A stretch of 64,000 bases of DNA from Rhynchobatus australiae (lineage: Eukaryota), in contig JAUZTB010000002.1 in the NCBI GenBank assembly GCA_034780895.1, positions 52,345,924-52,409,923 on the forward strand, in the 5' to 3' direction. The notes beneath the pieces are model-generated. The model was not told the DNA's origin, searched no databases, and worked only from the letters and a program-made list of their open reading frames with translations. This document shows positions 1 through 11,832 of the stretch, piece by piece (positions within the stretch are counted from its first letter, which is position 1; each line of letters begins with the position of its first letter). The position numbers were made by a program, and so were the translations under genes.

Positions 1-182
1 TACCAGCCCCCGGCTCACCCCTCCCTCTCACATTCTGTATACTGGCCACCTTCCCTCTACACTGTCAGTCCTGATGCAGGGTCTCAACCCAAAATGTCAA
101 CCATCCCCTTGCCCCCTCATATACTGTTTGGCCCATTGAGTTCTTCCAGCAGTTTATTTTTTGCTCCAGATTCCAGCATCTT
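1..182 (+). mobile_element. Penelope-like element 3' terminal (pLTR) fragment
   Basis: CTGATGCAGGGTCTCAACCCAAAATGTC...gagttcttccagcag...ctccagattccagcatc resembles the terminus of the Penelope-like element ending near 53650. Confidence 0.55.
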
Positions 183-219
183 ATGCATCTATATATTATT
201 TTGTTTATTTGCTTACTTG

Positions 220-545
220 ATGTTGGCCTTTCAGACATAGCCAGTTTTTATTACCCACCCCTACTGGTCCCTGAACTGAATGGAATACTAGGCCATTTCT
301 TGGGGAGTTAAGAGTCAACCTCAAAGTTTTAGTCCAGAGATATACAGTATATGGGCCAAATGACAAATTTCATTCTCCAGAGGACATTAGTAGTTTCAGG
401 GTCACCATAAATAGCATTAATTTGTTATTGCAGATTTATTTAATTACTTCCATTTAAATTCCTGAACCGCTGTGTGGGAATCAGATCAATAGTTCCTATT
501 TCTGGATACTCAACTGGTAACGTAACTACTATGCTGCAATACTCG
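220..545 (-). mobile_element. tRNA-derived chondrichthyan SINE (degenerate)
   Basis: Shares sequence with copies at 28150, 31150 and 44270 (gttaagagtcaacc, ggacattagt, ccatttaaattc, actactatgct). Confidence 0.5.
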
Positions 546-1639
546 ACTGTTGATGAGGATATTCATGCACTTGAATCTAACATCTGCTTGAAATATATAG
601 AGTGGTATATCATGACATCAATCAATGAGCACCACCAATTTGACTAAAGTAATGCCATTTTAGAGCCTCTACTTTAGTTAGGGCCCTTTTTTAACCTTGC
701 TTAGATGAAGGAATACAGTCAGCAGCAGGAAAGAACATCACATCAAAGCTATTTTAAATTGCTTATCGACTATTTGCAGGCTAGTTCCTGTTTATTTGCC
801 ACTGGGTATTGCCACGATACCACAAATTTTTGGTGCTCTCTTCTAAAGGGTCACTAAAGTCTATTTGGAGTGGTGCAGCATGCATTGTAGGACTGTCTTG
901 TATATTAAATAAAGGAAATAGCAATGTGGAAAAAATGCGGTATAATCTGGAGGTAAAAGTTAAGAAGGAAACATAAATTTTCAGCTAAAATGCTTGAGTT
1001 GCTATTTTCTTTCTGATGATGATTATTGTCTAATTCCAAGTAGAAATGTGTTCTCATCCAATGTGCCACTGCAATGTAGAAAAGATTTCTGATGTTAATG
1101 TTTTACTAGGTGACCAATCTGGTATTATCCCTTTGTTTACGGTATTTAAATATGATCCTAACCAGAGTTGATATCTTTCTAGATGAGTTTCATTGTTTAC
1201 ATTTCAAACTAGGTTGCTGATTCTTACCCAGTAATGGCCATTATAAGAATATTTGGGAACATATAAATATCCTGGTTGGACCACAGTTTGTCTGAATTAA
1301 TCTGAACTGCATTTAAATTACATAGTTGCGTAATGAAGGAAAAATTGTAATTTACATCTTGGCGTGTCTGATCCTGACAGATCTCTGACAGACTGGCTGG
1401 TACAGTTGGCGTCTCCATATTTTGCAAGAGACAAATGGCGTCCAGGCCTGATTTAAATATCAATCATGTCAATTAGCAGCCACCCATATAGGGCTTAATA
1501 ACCTTGCATTTATATTCACTGGAGAAATTGAATTTATATGGAAGTGGAATACTTCTATTAATAACAAGATGCTTGTAAAGGAATATATCCAAATAAAATT
1601 TATCATTTGGGTTTATGGTGGATATGTTTTCCCCCTGTT

Positions 1640-1775
1640 CTCATTCCTGTGTGGCTTCTCACATAATATCGCATTCCCTCAGTTCTGCTCTGGAGCTGAT
1701 TTTTGTGCTAAGTCTCTGGCATGAGCCTTATGACTCAGGTATAAGAATGATACTGACTGAGCTATAACTGACATA
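1640..1775 (-). mobile_element. Deu-domain (SacSINE1-like) SINE 5' fragment
   Basis: gcattccctcagttctgc...ctgactgagctataactgaca is the reverse complement of the head seen at about 44785. Confidence 0.4.
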
Positions 1776-2544
1776 TATACACCACATGCAAAGTGTGCAA
1801 CAAGATAGGGCATGCCATGTCAGACATAATGAGGAGGTAATTTATACTCTGAATGCATACCTTATGGTAACACTCACTAAATATGCTTAGTCAAGGAGAA
1901 GATTGAGGGTATGTTGGTCACTGAATTGATTCAGGGATGGTGGAGGCTGCAGCCATCGCTAATAGGGAGTGAATGAGAATGATCACTATCAAAAACCTAT
2001 CTGNNNNNNNNNNNNNNNNNNNNNNNNNNNNNNNNNNNNNNNNNNNNNNNNNNNNNNNNNNNNNNNNNNNNNNNNNNNNNNNNNNNNNNNNNNNNNNNNN
2101 NNNACCTATCTGAAGAGTGGCCTAGATCTTTTAAGCTAACCCATAGCAGGCCTCAACATCTAGTTCAGGATTTTGTGAATCTCTGCATTACACAATTATA
2201 GACAGCTGATATTAAGATATAGGAATATGTGTAGTGTGCACACTTAACATGGACAGCCCACAACAATATTCAAAATTGCCTTTTCATTACACTGTTCCAG
2301 TGTATTTAATGATCAGGATTTTGATAAAATTCTATGGCACTATACTCTATCACAAGATTTCCAAGCCAATGCTTTTTAAATATGTGATCAGATATTCTGA
2401 AATATTCAAGACACAAAAATAATATCCTTTCATGAGCACTGACTCCAGATAACTGGTGGATTAGTGTCTACATGGTTATGAATAGTTTCAAAGATAGTGT
2501 TTTTATTACCATCACACGAGTTGTAGTTCACTACATCCACATAC

Positions 2545-2721
2545 CTGCAATCTGTGATGCAGCCTGGGGGCTGAAAGGACCTGGTGTAGGATTGAGAGAA
2601 GGTCGGGGACTTTGTGTTGAAGCACCCACTCTCACTGCAGTTTGGCGAAGGCGTTCCAATTCACTCAAGCGTTCTGAAAATAACCCAACTTTGGGCTGGT
2701 CATCAGGTTTCTGTCTATGTC
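2545..2721 (-). CDS. RUNX2: RUNX2 post-Runt exon (NLS and start of PST region, 177 nt)
   Basis: Bounded by aaacag|GA CAT AGA CAG...ATT GCA G|gtatgt. Translates (R)[58 protein letters not shown], phase 1-1, in frame with the preceding exon. Confidence 0.94.
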
Positions 2722-3261
2722 CTGTTTAGAATAGAAGAAAATAACATTTAAAAAAGTCTTGGCAGAACTCAATAGATTATTAAAAATTCAACATTGTTTC
2801 AATGCTCTAGGGCATTAAAAAAACTTTGTATCCATTTATGCAATAAAAAACCTTGTATCCATTTATGCAATTAAAATGCCAATATATATTCTTTTCTGAA
2901 GGAAGTATTTGACTTGAATCATGAAAGAGGCATTCTCATCATATTCATGAGGGGAATCATCATAATATATCAGTTGGTTTTCAATTAGGTGCAAAACCAA
3001 TGTTCCTGGTTGGCTGTTTATTAATAGAAACCATTCAACTTTCATTATATAAGAAACAGGTGGTTCCAATAATATAAGGTACATCTCCACATGCTTTGCA
3101 GAAATATTTTCAGATAAACATGGATGCTGAGTCAAAATGAAAATATTACCAACAGCTGGCTCAAAGCTTGAGTTTTAGGGAGGGCTCCATGGGAGGAGTA
3201 GGAGGTGGACCTCTTCATAATGGGAGTTTCAGAGAGCAGAACTGACACAGTTGAAGGCACA

Positions 3262-3385
3262 CAGGAACACAAGAAAATAGGAGCAGGAGCAGACAAGCCT
3301 GCCCTGCCATTCAATATGATCTTGGCAGGTCTTCCCCAGGCCTCAACTCTTCTGTGCCAGTTCCCCATAGCTCTCATTTCCCAAA
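3262..3385 (-). mobile_element. CR1-type LINE 3' tail
   Basis: gaacacaagaaaataggagcaggag...ccattcaatatgatc is the reverse complement of the CR1 tails ending at about 11832 and 20582. Confidence 0.55.
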
Positions 3386-4419
3386 TGAAGGGGTAAAGGG
3401 TGACTGCAACAGGAGGTCATGGCTGAGAACAGCCCAAAAAGAGCTAAGGAATAAAATGGGAGATGGAAGTAATAAGTTCAGAGCAGGGTAATAATAAGCA
3501 GAGCGAATGCTGATGGTCCAGGCATGGCAAAGTTAAAATACATAACAGATACATTTTACAATCTCCAAATTCAGATCGACTTCATACTATTGTGTTTTTT
3601 TCACTAACTTTTGATTGAGTCTGTATTAACATCCAAGTACATAAAGCAAGTAAGTTCATTTACTTCCTTTGCACAATTCCCTATGCTTCCTTTTTATGTT
3701 TATGCCATCCTTTTGTAGATAGTAAACTGAGCAAAATTTGGGTTGTAATGGGCAGGTTTGTTCTTGATTAGAGCAATGAATAAAGCAATTAATTAGACAA
3801 TCTATTATACTGCAATACAAAACTTTTCACAGTCCTGATTTCAATAAAAACTTTGACATTTTATTGAGGGAAACATAAACTAGATTTTCTTCAAAACATT
3901 TAAAAAAGTCTTGGNNNNNNNNNNNNNNNNNNNNNNNNNTCAACATTGTTTCAATGCTCTAGGGCATTAAAAAAACTTCTCTCTCTTTGTCATGTTAGTA
4001 AAACTATATTTTGAATTGAAAAACTTCAAATGGCTGTAAAGCAAAATAAATTGGAATGATCCGCAGGCATTTTCAATGACAGGGTCAGCTATGGCTATCA
4101 TTACTCACATTTGAAATGGTTTTGCATGCAAACAGTGCTGGTCACGCAAATCCTTTCCTTCAGCATCCCATTGAGAAGAAACACAAACACAAGCAATAAA
4201 AACAGCAGTCTACAGGTGCATAAACTGTTTGATTTTACTATAAATACAATGGAAAGAATGAAAGCAAAATAAAGCCAGTCACCTTGTGTAGTTTGGGCCT
4301 GCCCATCAAGACTGAACTGGCTGCTTTTAATGGAAGAAAATAAATACCTAACTGCAGAAAACAAAACTTGCTTAAGCTGGTTGATTTCTAATTGACATAA
4401 ATCAGTGATTAGCTGTGAG

Positions 4420-4835
4420 AATGTGGGGAGAATTTTTGAAAAATGGGATTAATGTAGGATTCATGTAAATGGGCGGTTGATGGTTGGTGTGGACTCAGTG
4501 GGCCAGAGGGCCTGTTTCTGTGCAGTATCTCTCTCTGACTTTATGCCTTTATTTACTCTAACCCTACAGTAATCCCATTTTGTTCTCCCCACATTCTCAA
4601 CTACCCCCAGATTCTACCAGTCACCTACACACGACAAGCAATTTACATTGGCAAATTAACATACCAGCCTGCACAACTTTGGGATGTGGTGGAAATAGAG
4701 CACTTGGGGAAATGCATATGATCACAACAGAGCATGCACACTCCACACAGACAGCACTGGAGATCAGGACTGAATCTGGGTCACAGGAGCCATCAGGCAG
4801 CAGTTCTATTAGCTGTGCTGCTGTGCCCCCATATT
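4420..4835. mobile_element. Two V-domain/HE1-like SINE fragments, tail to tail (+ 4420-4545, - 4560-4835)
   Basis: A CR1-derived tail gggccagagggcctgtttctgtgc lies on plus. A V-domain (gggatgtggtggaaa..gagcac) and tRNA-like head lie on minus. Confidence 0.55.
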
Positions 4836-5851
4836 CTTGAAGTTTCTTCAGATTAATAAATCCAGGAGATAATTAACCACTTATTTCCAGGAATAAATAT
4901 CTTGAAAAAATGAAGGAAGATGGACACTATTATAATTATTTACAGAGTGGTTAAAACTAGGCATAGAAATCTGAACTCAATGACTATATTAATTGTATTG
5001 CTTTCCTAAACAAAAACCAAGATCGGTCTGAAAGGATTCATAAACTGTCCCTATCTATTTTTGACTGTATCACCATATATATGATTAAATTAAATAAATA
5101 ATAGCAATCAATAATTACTAATCCTTAAATAATTAGTAATTCAAAAATGTTTTGAAACATTTCTTTTTCTCAGTGTGATTGCTGCAAGTTTTACACTTAG
5201 TTTGGTTGTTCTAACTCTTGTTATTTATCAAGATTAAATTTTACATTCGGCACAGCTTTGTGGACCAAAGGGCCTGAATTGTGCTGTATATGTTCTATAT
5301 GTAAAATTAGATTTGCAAGTATAAAATATTATTTTAATGGTAATAGGAAGAGGCACAACTGCTACCTTTAACAATGACTAAGCTAACCAGCATATGACTG
5401 GATTTATTGAATTTTCATATGAATGTTACCATTGGAATTGGTATACAAAAGAAAGTGAGACAATAAGATTTGCACCAATACAATGAAAATTGTTTTCTGT
5501 TCTGGTATCCTTCCTACAAAAGAATAAAGAGGCACCGAAAAAAATTACAAAGACAATTTACAAGCATGATACTAGAAATATGAGGGTTCAACAATCAGCA
5601 AATATATCAGAGAAAGTTGTGAGGTAACTCAAGAGAGGACTTTAAAATTATTTGGTAGTAGGTATGTTAGACATACAGATGTTTCCCTGTGGGAGAATCT
5701 AATAGCCTTATAGAAGGTAATCACCAATAGGCAATTTAGAATTCTTTATTCAGGTGCGTCAAGAATGTTGTACTTTATATTTCAAGGTAGTTAAAGGGAC
5801 ATATAAATAAGTACATGAGGGAAAATGGAATAGAAAGTTTGCGCTTGGACA

Positions 5852-6145
5852 TGTTGGCACAGCACTTAGCAAAGTTGTTTTACATTTCCAAGGAGCTGGG
5901 TTCAGCCCTGACCTGAGGTGCAGTCTGCGTGGAGTTTGCTTGTTCTCCCTGTAACTATGTGAGTTTCCCCTGGGTGCTCCAGTTTCCTCCCAAATCTCAG
6001 AGGCATGCAAGGTAATGAGGGTGGGGGAGGGTTGACAGGCATGTGGGAGAAGACAGATTTCCAGGAAATAATTGAGGGGATGCGATTACTCTGAAACCTG
6101 GCATTTACTTGATGGGTTGAATGGCCCCCTTCCATGTTGTGAGAT
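5852..6145 (+). mobile_element. V-domain SINE (HE1-like) nested in a decayed CR1 3' end
   Basis: A tRNA-like head (gggttcagccctgacc) is followed by gtggagtttgcttgttctccctg...gggtgctccagtttcctccca. CR1-like sequence flanks it on both sides (about 5540-5850 and 6150-6230). Confidence 0.65.
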
Positions 6146-6309
6146 ATATTAATTTATGGACAACAAACATTGCTTGTTTGACGCAATAACACTAGCACAT
6201 ACCAGATGGACCAAATGTCTTGCTTCTATTTTGTAAATTCTAATAAATTTGAATGCATAGAAAAGGACAAAATAGCCCAGAATTAGGTAGAATAAGGCAT
6301 GGAGTTGAT

Positions 6310-6790
6310 TGACTGTAGCTGACAGGGTGGAGGAAAGTCTTAGATTGCAGGAAAAGATAAACAGCCTGGTCAATTGGACAGATAAGTGGTAAATAGAAAT
6401 ATAAGCCTATGTATTTGGTGTGGGGCAATGAGGTGAGGAAATTTATAATAAATTGGAGGGTATTGAATGATGTGGTGGAAGAGAGTGAACCTGGAGTAGT
6501 TGCTCAAATATCTTTAAAAGGTAGCAGAACAGATCAATGATGTGGTTAAAAAGGCATATGGGATGTTTTCCTTTATTAGCCAAAGCATAAAATCACAAAC
6601 CATATACAACACGAGGTAGACCACTGCTTAGTTACTGCATAGAGTCTGACCACAACATTACAAGAAAGATGTGATTGTACTGGAGAGGATGCAGAGCAGT
6701 TGCTCAAATATCACTAAAAGATTTACGAGGATGGTGCCGGGAGTGGAAAACTGAAACTATGAGGAATGGTTAGGATAAATTGGAATTCTT
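6310..6790 (+). mobile_element. CR1 LINE RT C-terminal fragment (decayed)
   Basis: gtggttaaaaaggcatatgggatg...gagg atgcagag...atttacgaggatggtgccggg is homologous to the copy at 22768-23592. Confidence 0.65.
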
Positions 6791-6829
6791 TAGCTTGTAA
6801 TAACATTTGCTTCCATCCTCTACCTCCAT

Positions 6830-7230
6830 TCTCGGTGAACTGTATACTTTAGGTTCCAGTGCTATAAAGCATTGAATTTAAATCTTCATGCTTGTCTTCA
6901 AATCTCCCAATGGACTCATAGCACCACTTTCTCCAATCTTCTTCAGCTTTACATCCTCTTTCATTGCCCTCCCCCTCTACTGAATCCTTTGGTTCTCCAA
7001 TAGTGAGTTTATGTATATAATAGTGGGAAAAACTTCAATCACCTTGATCCACGCTCTGAAGTTCACTTCCTAAAGACACTTCAGCACTTTAAAAACTACC
7101 AGCATTTTCTTCAAATCCATCCCCTCTGGTTATCCATACTTATTATCTACATTTTGGATCTTCAATTCTTTAAAGTGTCATGAGACATTTCTACATTACT
7201 AGACTCCTCATTAACAAGTTACTTTCTCTA
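6830..7230 (+). mobile_element. L2-type LINE 3' fragment
   Basis: attgaatttaaatcttcatgcttgtcttcaaatctcccaatggactc...ctccaatcttcttcagc resembles the L2 ORF2 C-terminal motif IEFKILxLVFKSLxGL...NLLQ. Confidence 0.45.
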
Positions 7231-9314
7231 TCTCTGCTGCTGCTCATGGTAGTCACTGGTGAAGTATAAGTACATAGGCAGAACAGGACTTCACTTACTC
7301 ATCCACCCTCCACCCTTCCCCACCCTCCCATGGTATAAAATTAACCTACACTATTACCTCAACCAATTACCACTGAAATTGGTTTATCAGTAATCCATCT
7401 CATTTGCTGCTTTTGAAATATTGCGATGTGTCTACAATTCTCTACAATGATTGCACCTCTAAAAGTAATTAATTGGTTGTGACTCCTTTTAGAACTTTGT
7501 GAGGACCAGGAAAGGCTCTNNNNNNNNNNAGCCCTGGCTGGTGAGGGCTTCATACGGGGGATTCCTGTCCACTGGGTTCATGGTTGCCAGAGTATCCCCT
7601 GTGAAGACTCTGTGGGAAAGATTTACTAACATTGATGGTACACAGATAATGATTAGCGCTCCCTGATTATTGAGAATGGCACTAACTTAAGCTCTAACCT
7701 GGAGTTCAGAACTCATTCTTGTTCATTTGAATCTTAGCAGTCCTAAAGAAGTGAATTGTTTTCATTAATACCTTGTTGAATTGGAGTGAGATTCAGAATA
7801 ATTGTAGAAGTTTATTTTTTCTGGCTATCATACTTATTTCTTCACTTATCTCTATTCTTCTATTCAAATTTAGAGCAAGATATCCCCTAAAATTTTATAT
7901 TGACTTCTTGAACCACACCCTACCTAGAACTTTATAATTATTTTGATCTTTGACTTTCACACCACAAATGAAACCTGTGACGTTAATGAAATGAATTTTG
8001 CAAATGAGTAGCTGAATGGAATAGAACAAGAATTACTATTTCAGTGTGAATTACGGTCAACTTCAAATGTTTGATAGGTTACATTTTTTGGTCAAACTCG
8101 CTCTGCTCTTAATGTGAATTGATGACAATGTAGTATTTTATTGGCATTGCAAAGACTACAGCATTTGCTAGAGCCAATAACCTCTTCCAGTCTCTTGTTA
8201 ATGTACCTATTTCCAGAAAAGGAATCAGATTAATTCTGAATGGCATCCTCCCATTAATTGAGAATGAATATAATTAATGACTTTCTGTCAGGCAAGAATT
8301 TTCTCCTAACAAATTCTTACAAGCACTCATCAGCAAACTAAGAAAAAGTAAAGTCAAGCCCCACTACAATTGGCATTAAACGCCTCTTTAAATTTTGCCT
8401 TTCTAGTTGCTTCAGCAGCCTACAGCAAACAAATACTAAAGAATGCTCACAGGAATGCAACAGGATTTTCATGATGTGAAATATGTGCAAGAGGCCCAAA
8501 CAAGCAGCCTGATGTCAACTATAGTGTAGGCAAGCTTTGCAAACAAAGTTACCACTTGATCAAAGATGAGGTTGAACAACTACTTGGTAATTGTCACTGT
8601 ATTTGCATACAATACGCAATTGGATAAAATCAATTTGAAGGCAAAACAGCATTTGAAGAAAAAAAATCACTTCTCCTAAAGATAGACCTAATATATTTAT
8701 TTATTATTTCATTTGTGTTATTCCCTTTAAAAAGTTTCCATTGCACCTGGTTCCTTTTCATTAGAATTTCTCTCAACCAACATGCAACAAGAGTTATGGA
8801 GGAGTGAAGTATTCCTGGTCTCTGTTATCCAGATCAACATTGTTGACATCAGAAATTCAGCACTGCAAGAGATTGAAGTAATACCCTGCTAATCCAATGC
8901 ACCACAACCCAGTGTTTCAGCATGCCTCTCAACAACTGATTTGTCATTTGTTACTTGNNNNNNNNNNNNNNNNNNNNNNNNNNNNNNNNNNNNNNNNNNN
9001 NNNNNNNNNNNNNNNNNNNNNNNNNNNNNNNNNNNNNNNNNNNNNNNNNNNNNNNNNNNNNNCACTGAAACTAATCAGAGATTATTTCTGTATATAAATA
9101 AGGATCTATAATTATCTTTAAGCACCCTGTGCATATGTCACTGTGGTCACTTGTCCCATTTACTAATGAAACAAAAAGGCACTGAAATAAAACTCCCTGA
9201 ATTAAGAAATCAAAAATATTTCCATTTTCTAAACTTGCCTTATTCAGTATTATCAAGAGAAATAATGCAATTTCTCTCCTAACAAACCACAAAACCTTAA
9301 TAAAATTGGAAAGT

Positions 9315-9487
9315 AGAGGCATTTAAGAGGCTCTTAGACTGGCACTTGAATATGCAGGAAATGGAGGGATATGGACCATGTGTAGGCAGAAGGGACTAGT
9401 TTAGTTCGGCATTTAATTAGTTCAGCACAACATCATGGGCCAAAGGGCCCGTCCCTGTGCTGTACTGTTCTCTGCTCTATGTTCTAT
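9315..9487 (+). mobile_element. CR1 LINE 3' end
   Basis: ggcatttaagaggctcttaga...gggccaaagggcccgtccctgtgctgtactgttc ends in a short ctatgtt tail. Confidence 0.7.
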
Positions 9488-10363
9488 ATTGGGCTCCAAA
9501 GAGTTCATACATAGTATAACATGGCAATAATTATATGGACCTTTAGAATATATGCATTCTTAATGTAGCCCTTTACTCAGGTGAATTGGATCATTTATGC
9601 ACAATGGATATGCACAACTAAAAGGAACTGGACTAATTTGCATTCCATAAATCTAAGTCATGGGAGTTGGACAGGTATTTTAACAGACAGGTGTTCCACA
9701 CTGCCTGATTTTCTCATAATCTCTGCACCCATGAATTCTAGTGCATTGTGGTAAATTGCAACTTAAAAAATAAAAGATAGTTGCAAAAATTGGTTCCATG
9801 GTGTTCATCACAGGGATCGGGTAATTAATGCAGAATTCATGAGTAAGGACTCATAATCAGTCCTATTATTCTACAATTGCAAAATGTCTTAACGATTTAT
9901 TTTCAAATGTCAGAGTTCTCCAGGTAGAATAATATTTGCTGCTAATTTAAGATTCAAAGCATTGGAATACTCAGAATATTATAATAATCTAAACAACTGC
10001 AACTTTTCCAGTGCTATTCATTTTCTACCTTCAGCCAGCAGAGGCACCTCTTTTCTACTTGACCTCAGCAAAGTGGCCCATGCCTTCTCCTATTTTCTTC
10101 TGAACATAATGAATGAAAGTCAGCTTTTCTTGTAACTCCCCTCTCAGTGCTATCCTTCAAAATGATTTGTCATGCAATTATGATCCAACTGTGAATTGCC
10201 AAGACTTTTACTCATGATAGATGGTTTAAACTGCTAACTAATTTAAACAGTATTACCAATGGACTTGGAGCAAATTTAAACCCTTTGATATAAGCTTGCT
10301 TGGTGAAAAAAACATAGCATGTCATCAGTTCTAGCTAGGTCACACATGTCATCAGACAACTTA

Positions 10364-10678
10364 CCATACAACCATAGAACCATAGAACAATACAGCACAA
10401 TACAGGCCCTTCGGCCCACCGTGTTGTGCCACCCAACAAACCACACNNNNNNNNNNNNNNNNNNNNNNNNNNNNNNNNNNNNNNNNNNNNNNNNNNNNNN
10501 NNNNNNNNNNNNNNNNNNNNNNNNNNNNNNNNNNNNNNNNNNNNNNTGGATCCCATGGCTCCTGACCTTCTGGAGAAGTCTACCATGAGGAACTTTATCA
10601 AACGCCTTACTAAAATCCATATACACCACATCTACCGCACTTCCCTCATCAATCTTCCTCATCACCTCCTCAAAGAAC
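10364..10678 (-). mobile_element. CR1 LINE (RT fragment and 3' tail, bridged by a gap)
   Basis: ORF RKIDEGSAVDVVYMDFSKAFDKVPHGRLLQKVRSHGI is a CR1 RT motif. The tail is catagaaccatagaac. Confidence 0.85.
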
Positions 10679-10929
10679 TACCCAGAGGCTTCAGTTAGTG
10701 TCTCCACTGAGTTGGGTTTAATTCTAGAAAGTTAGGCACTAAATTTATTTATGTACATAAAAGCTCCATTATTGAGTAGATTCAAGGCTGAGATTAAGAA
10801 TTTTTATGGACCAAATATATATTGCCTAAGAATGATTTGGATGGAATGAAGCGAAGATCCTTTCTGTATTTCTTTGAAGAGTTATACAACCCTTACCTTA
10901 TACCTTCTCATAAATAAGATTGCTAACAG

Positions 10930-11832
10930 GACACAAGAAAAAGATGTATCAGCATTTTACCAATCCATCAAAGCATTGGTGTATAAATACAGGAAAATAT
11001 TTTAAAGAGCTTCCAGTCACTGGAAAAGATTTACCACCATCAGCATAGCTACTTCATTTGAAATACGTACTTGTGGCTAAGATATAGGCTAATTCCTAGG
11101 TTGAGAGGATTATCCTGTCACAAATGGTCAGGGAAATTAGATCAATATTCTTTGGAATTTTGAAGAATGAGGGCTGATTTATTGCAACATATAGATGTTA
11201 AGATGTTAAGATAGATGTTATGATACAGGGAGGCACGGTAGTGTAGGGCAGGTACAGTAGTACAGCAGTTAGTGTAATGCTATTACAGCGCCGGTGACCC
11301 GGGTTCAATTACGGCCACTGTCTGTAAGGAGTTTGTACATTCTCCCTGTGACTGCGTGGGTTTCCTCCGGGTGCTCTGGTTTGTAGAAGTTGTAGAAGTT
11401 AGGAAGTTGAGGGCATGCTATGTTGGCGCTGGAAGTGTGGCAACACTTGCGGGCTGCCCCCAGAACACTCTACGCAAAGACACATTTCACTGTGTGTTTT
11501 GATGTATATGTGACTAATAAAGATATCTTATCTTACATTTCCACTTGTCGGAGAAGCTCAGTTGAAGGGACATAGTTTTAAGATCTAGAGTGATCATTTA
11601 AAAATTAGGTGCATTGGAACATTTTCTTGCAGAGTGTGGAGATTCCCTGGAATTCTCTATCCAGAGGTCATTGTGGGTACTTAGAGAGGAAGTAGGTCAA
11701 TTTTTGAAAGATCATGGAATTGAAGGCTCTGGGGAACTGACACAGAAGACGAGATGAGGCCTGACGCAGATCAGCCATGATCATATTGAGGGACCAAGGG
11801 GGCTACTCCTGTTCCTATTTTCTTATGTTCTT
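10930..11832 (+). mobile_element. Decayed CR1 3' region interrupted by a SINE
   Basis: CR1-like sequence runs on both sides of the SINE at 11232-11535. The tail is cctgttcctattttcttatgttctt. Confidence 0.6.
11232..11535 (+). mobile_element. Young V-domain SINE with atctt-repeat tail
   Basis: Contains an A/B-box head (ggcacggtagtgtag...gggttcaatt), a V-domain, and the tail gactaataaagatatcttatctta. It retains CpGs and belongs to the same family as 58177-58405. Confidence 0.8.

Noticed and set aside
1224-1463. Minus-strand 79-aa ORF as the next RUNX2 exon
   Set aside because: It lacks the expected SPPWSYDQSY motif. That exon must lie left of the window or in a gap.
1995-2112. acctatctg repeated on both sides of a 100-N gap
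   Set aside because: Most likely a contig-end overlap or a target-site duplication of unassembled sequence; it cannot be interpreted.
2472-2729. Plus-strand 85-aa ORF
   Set aside because: It is the antisense shadow of the RUNX2 exon at 2545-2721.
11232-11320. tRNA-like A/B boxes
   Set aside because: This is a SINE head continuing into a V-domain, not a tRNA gene.
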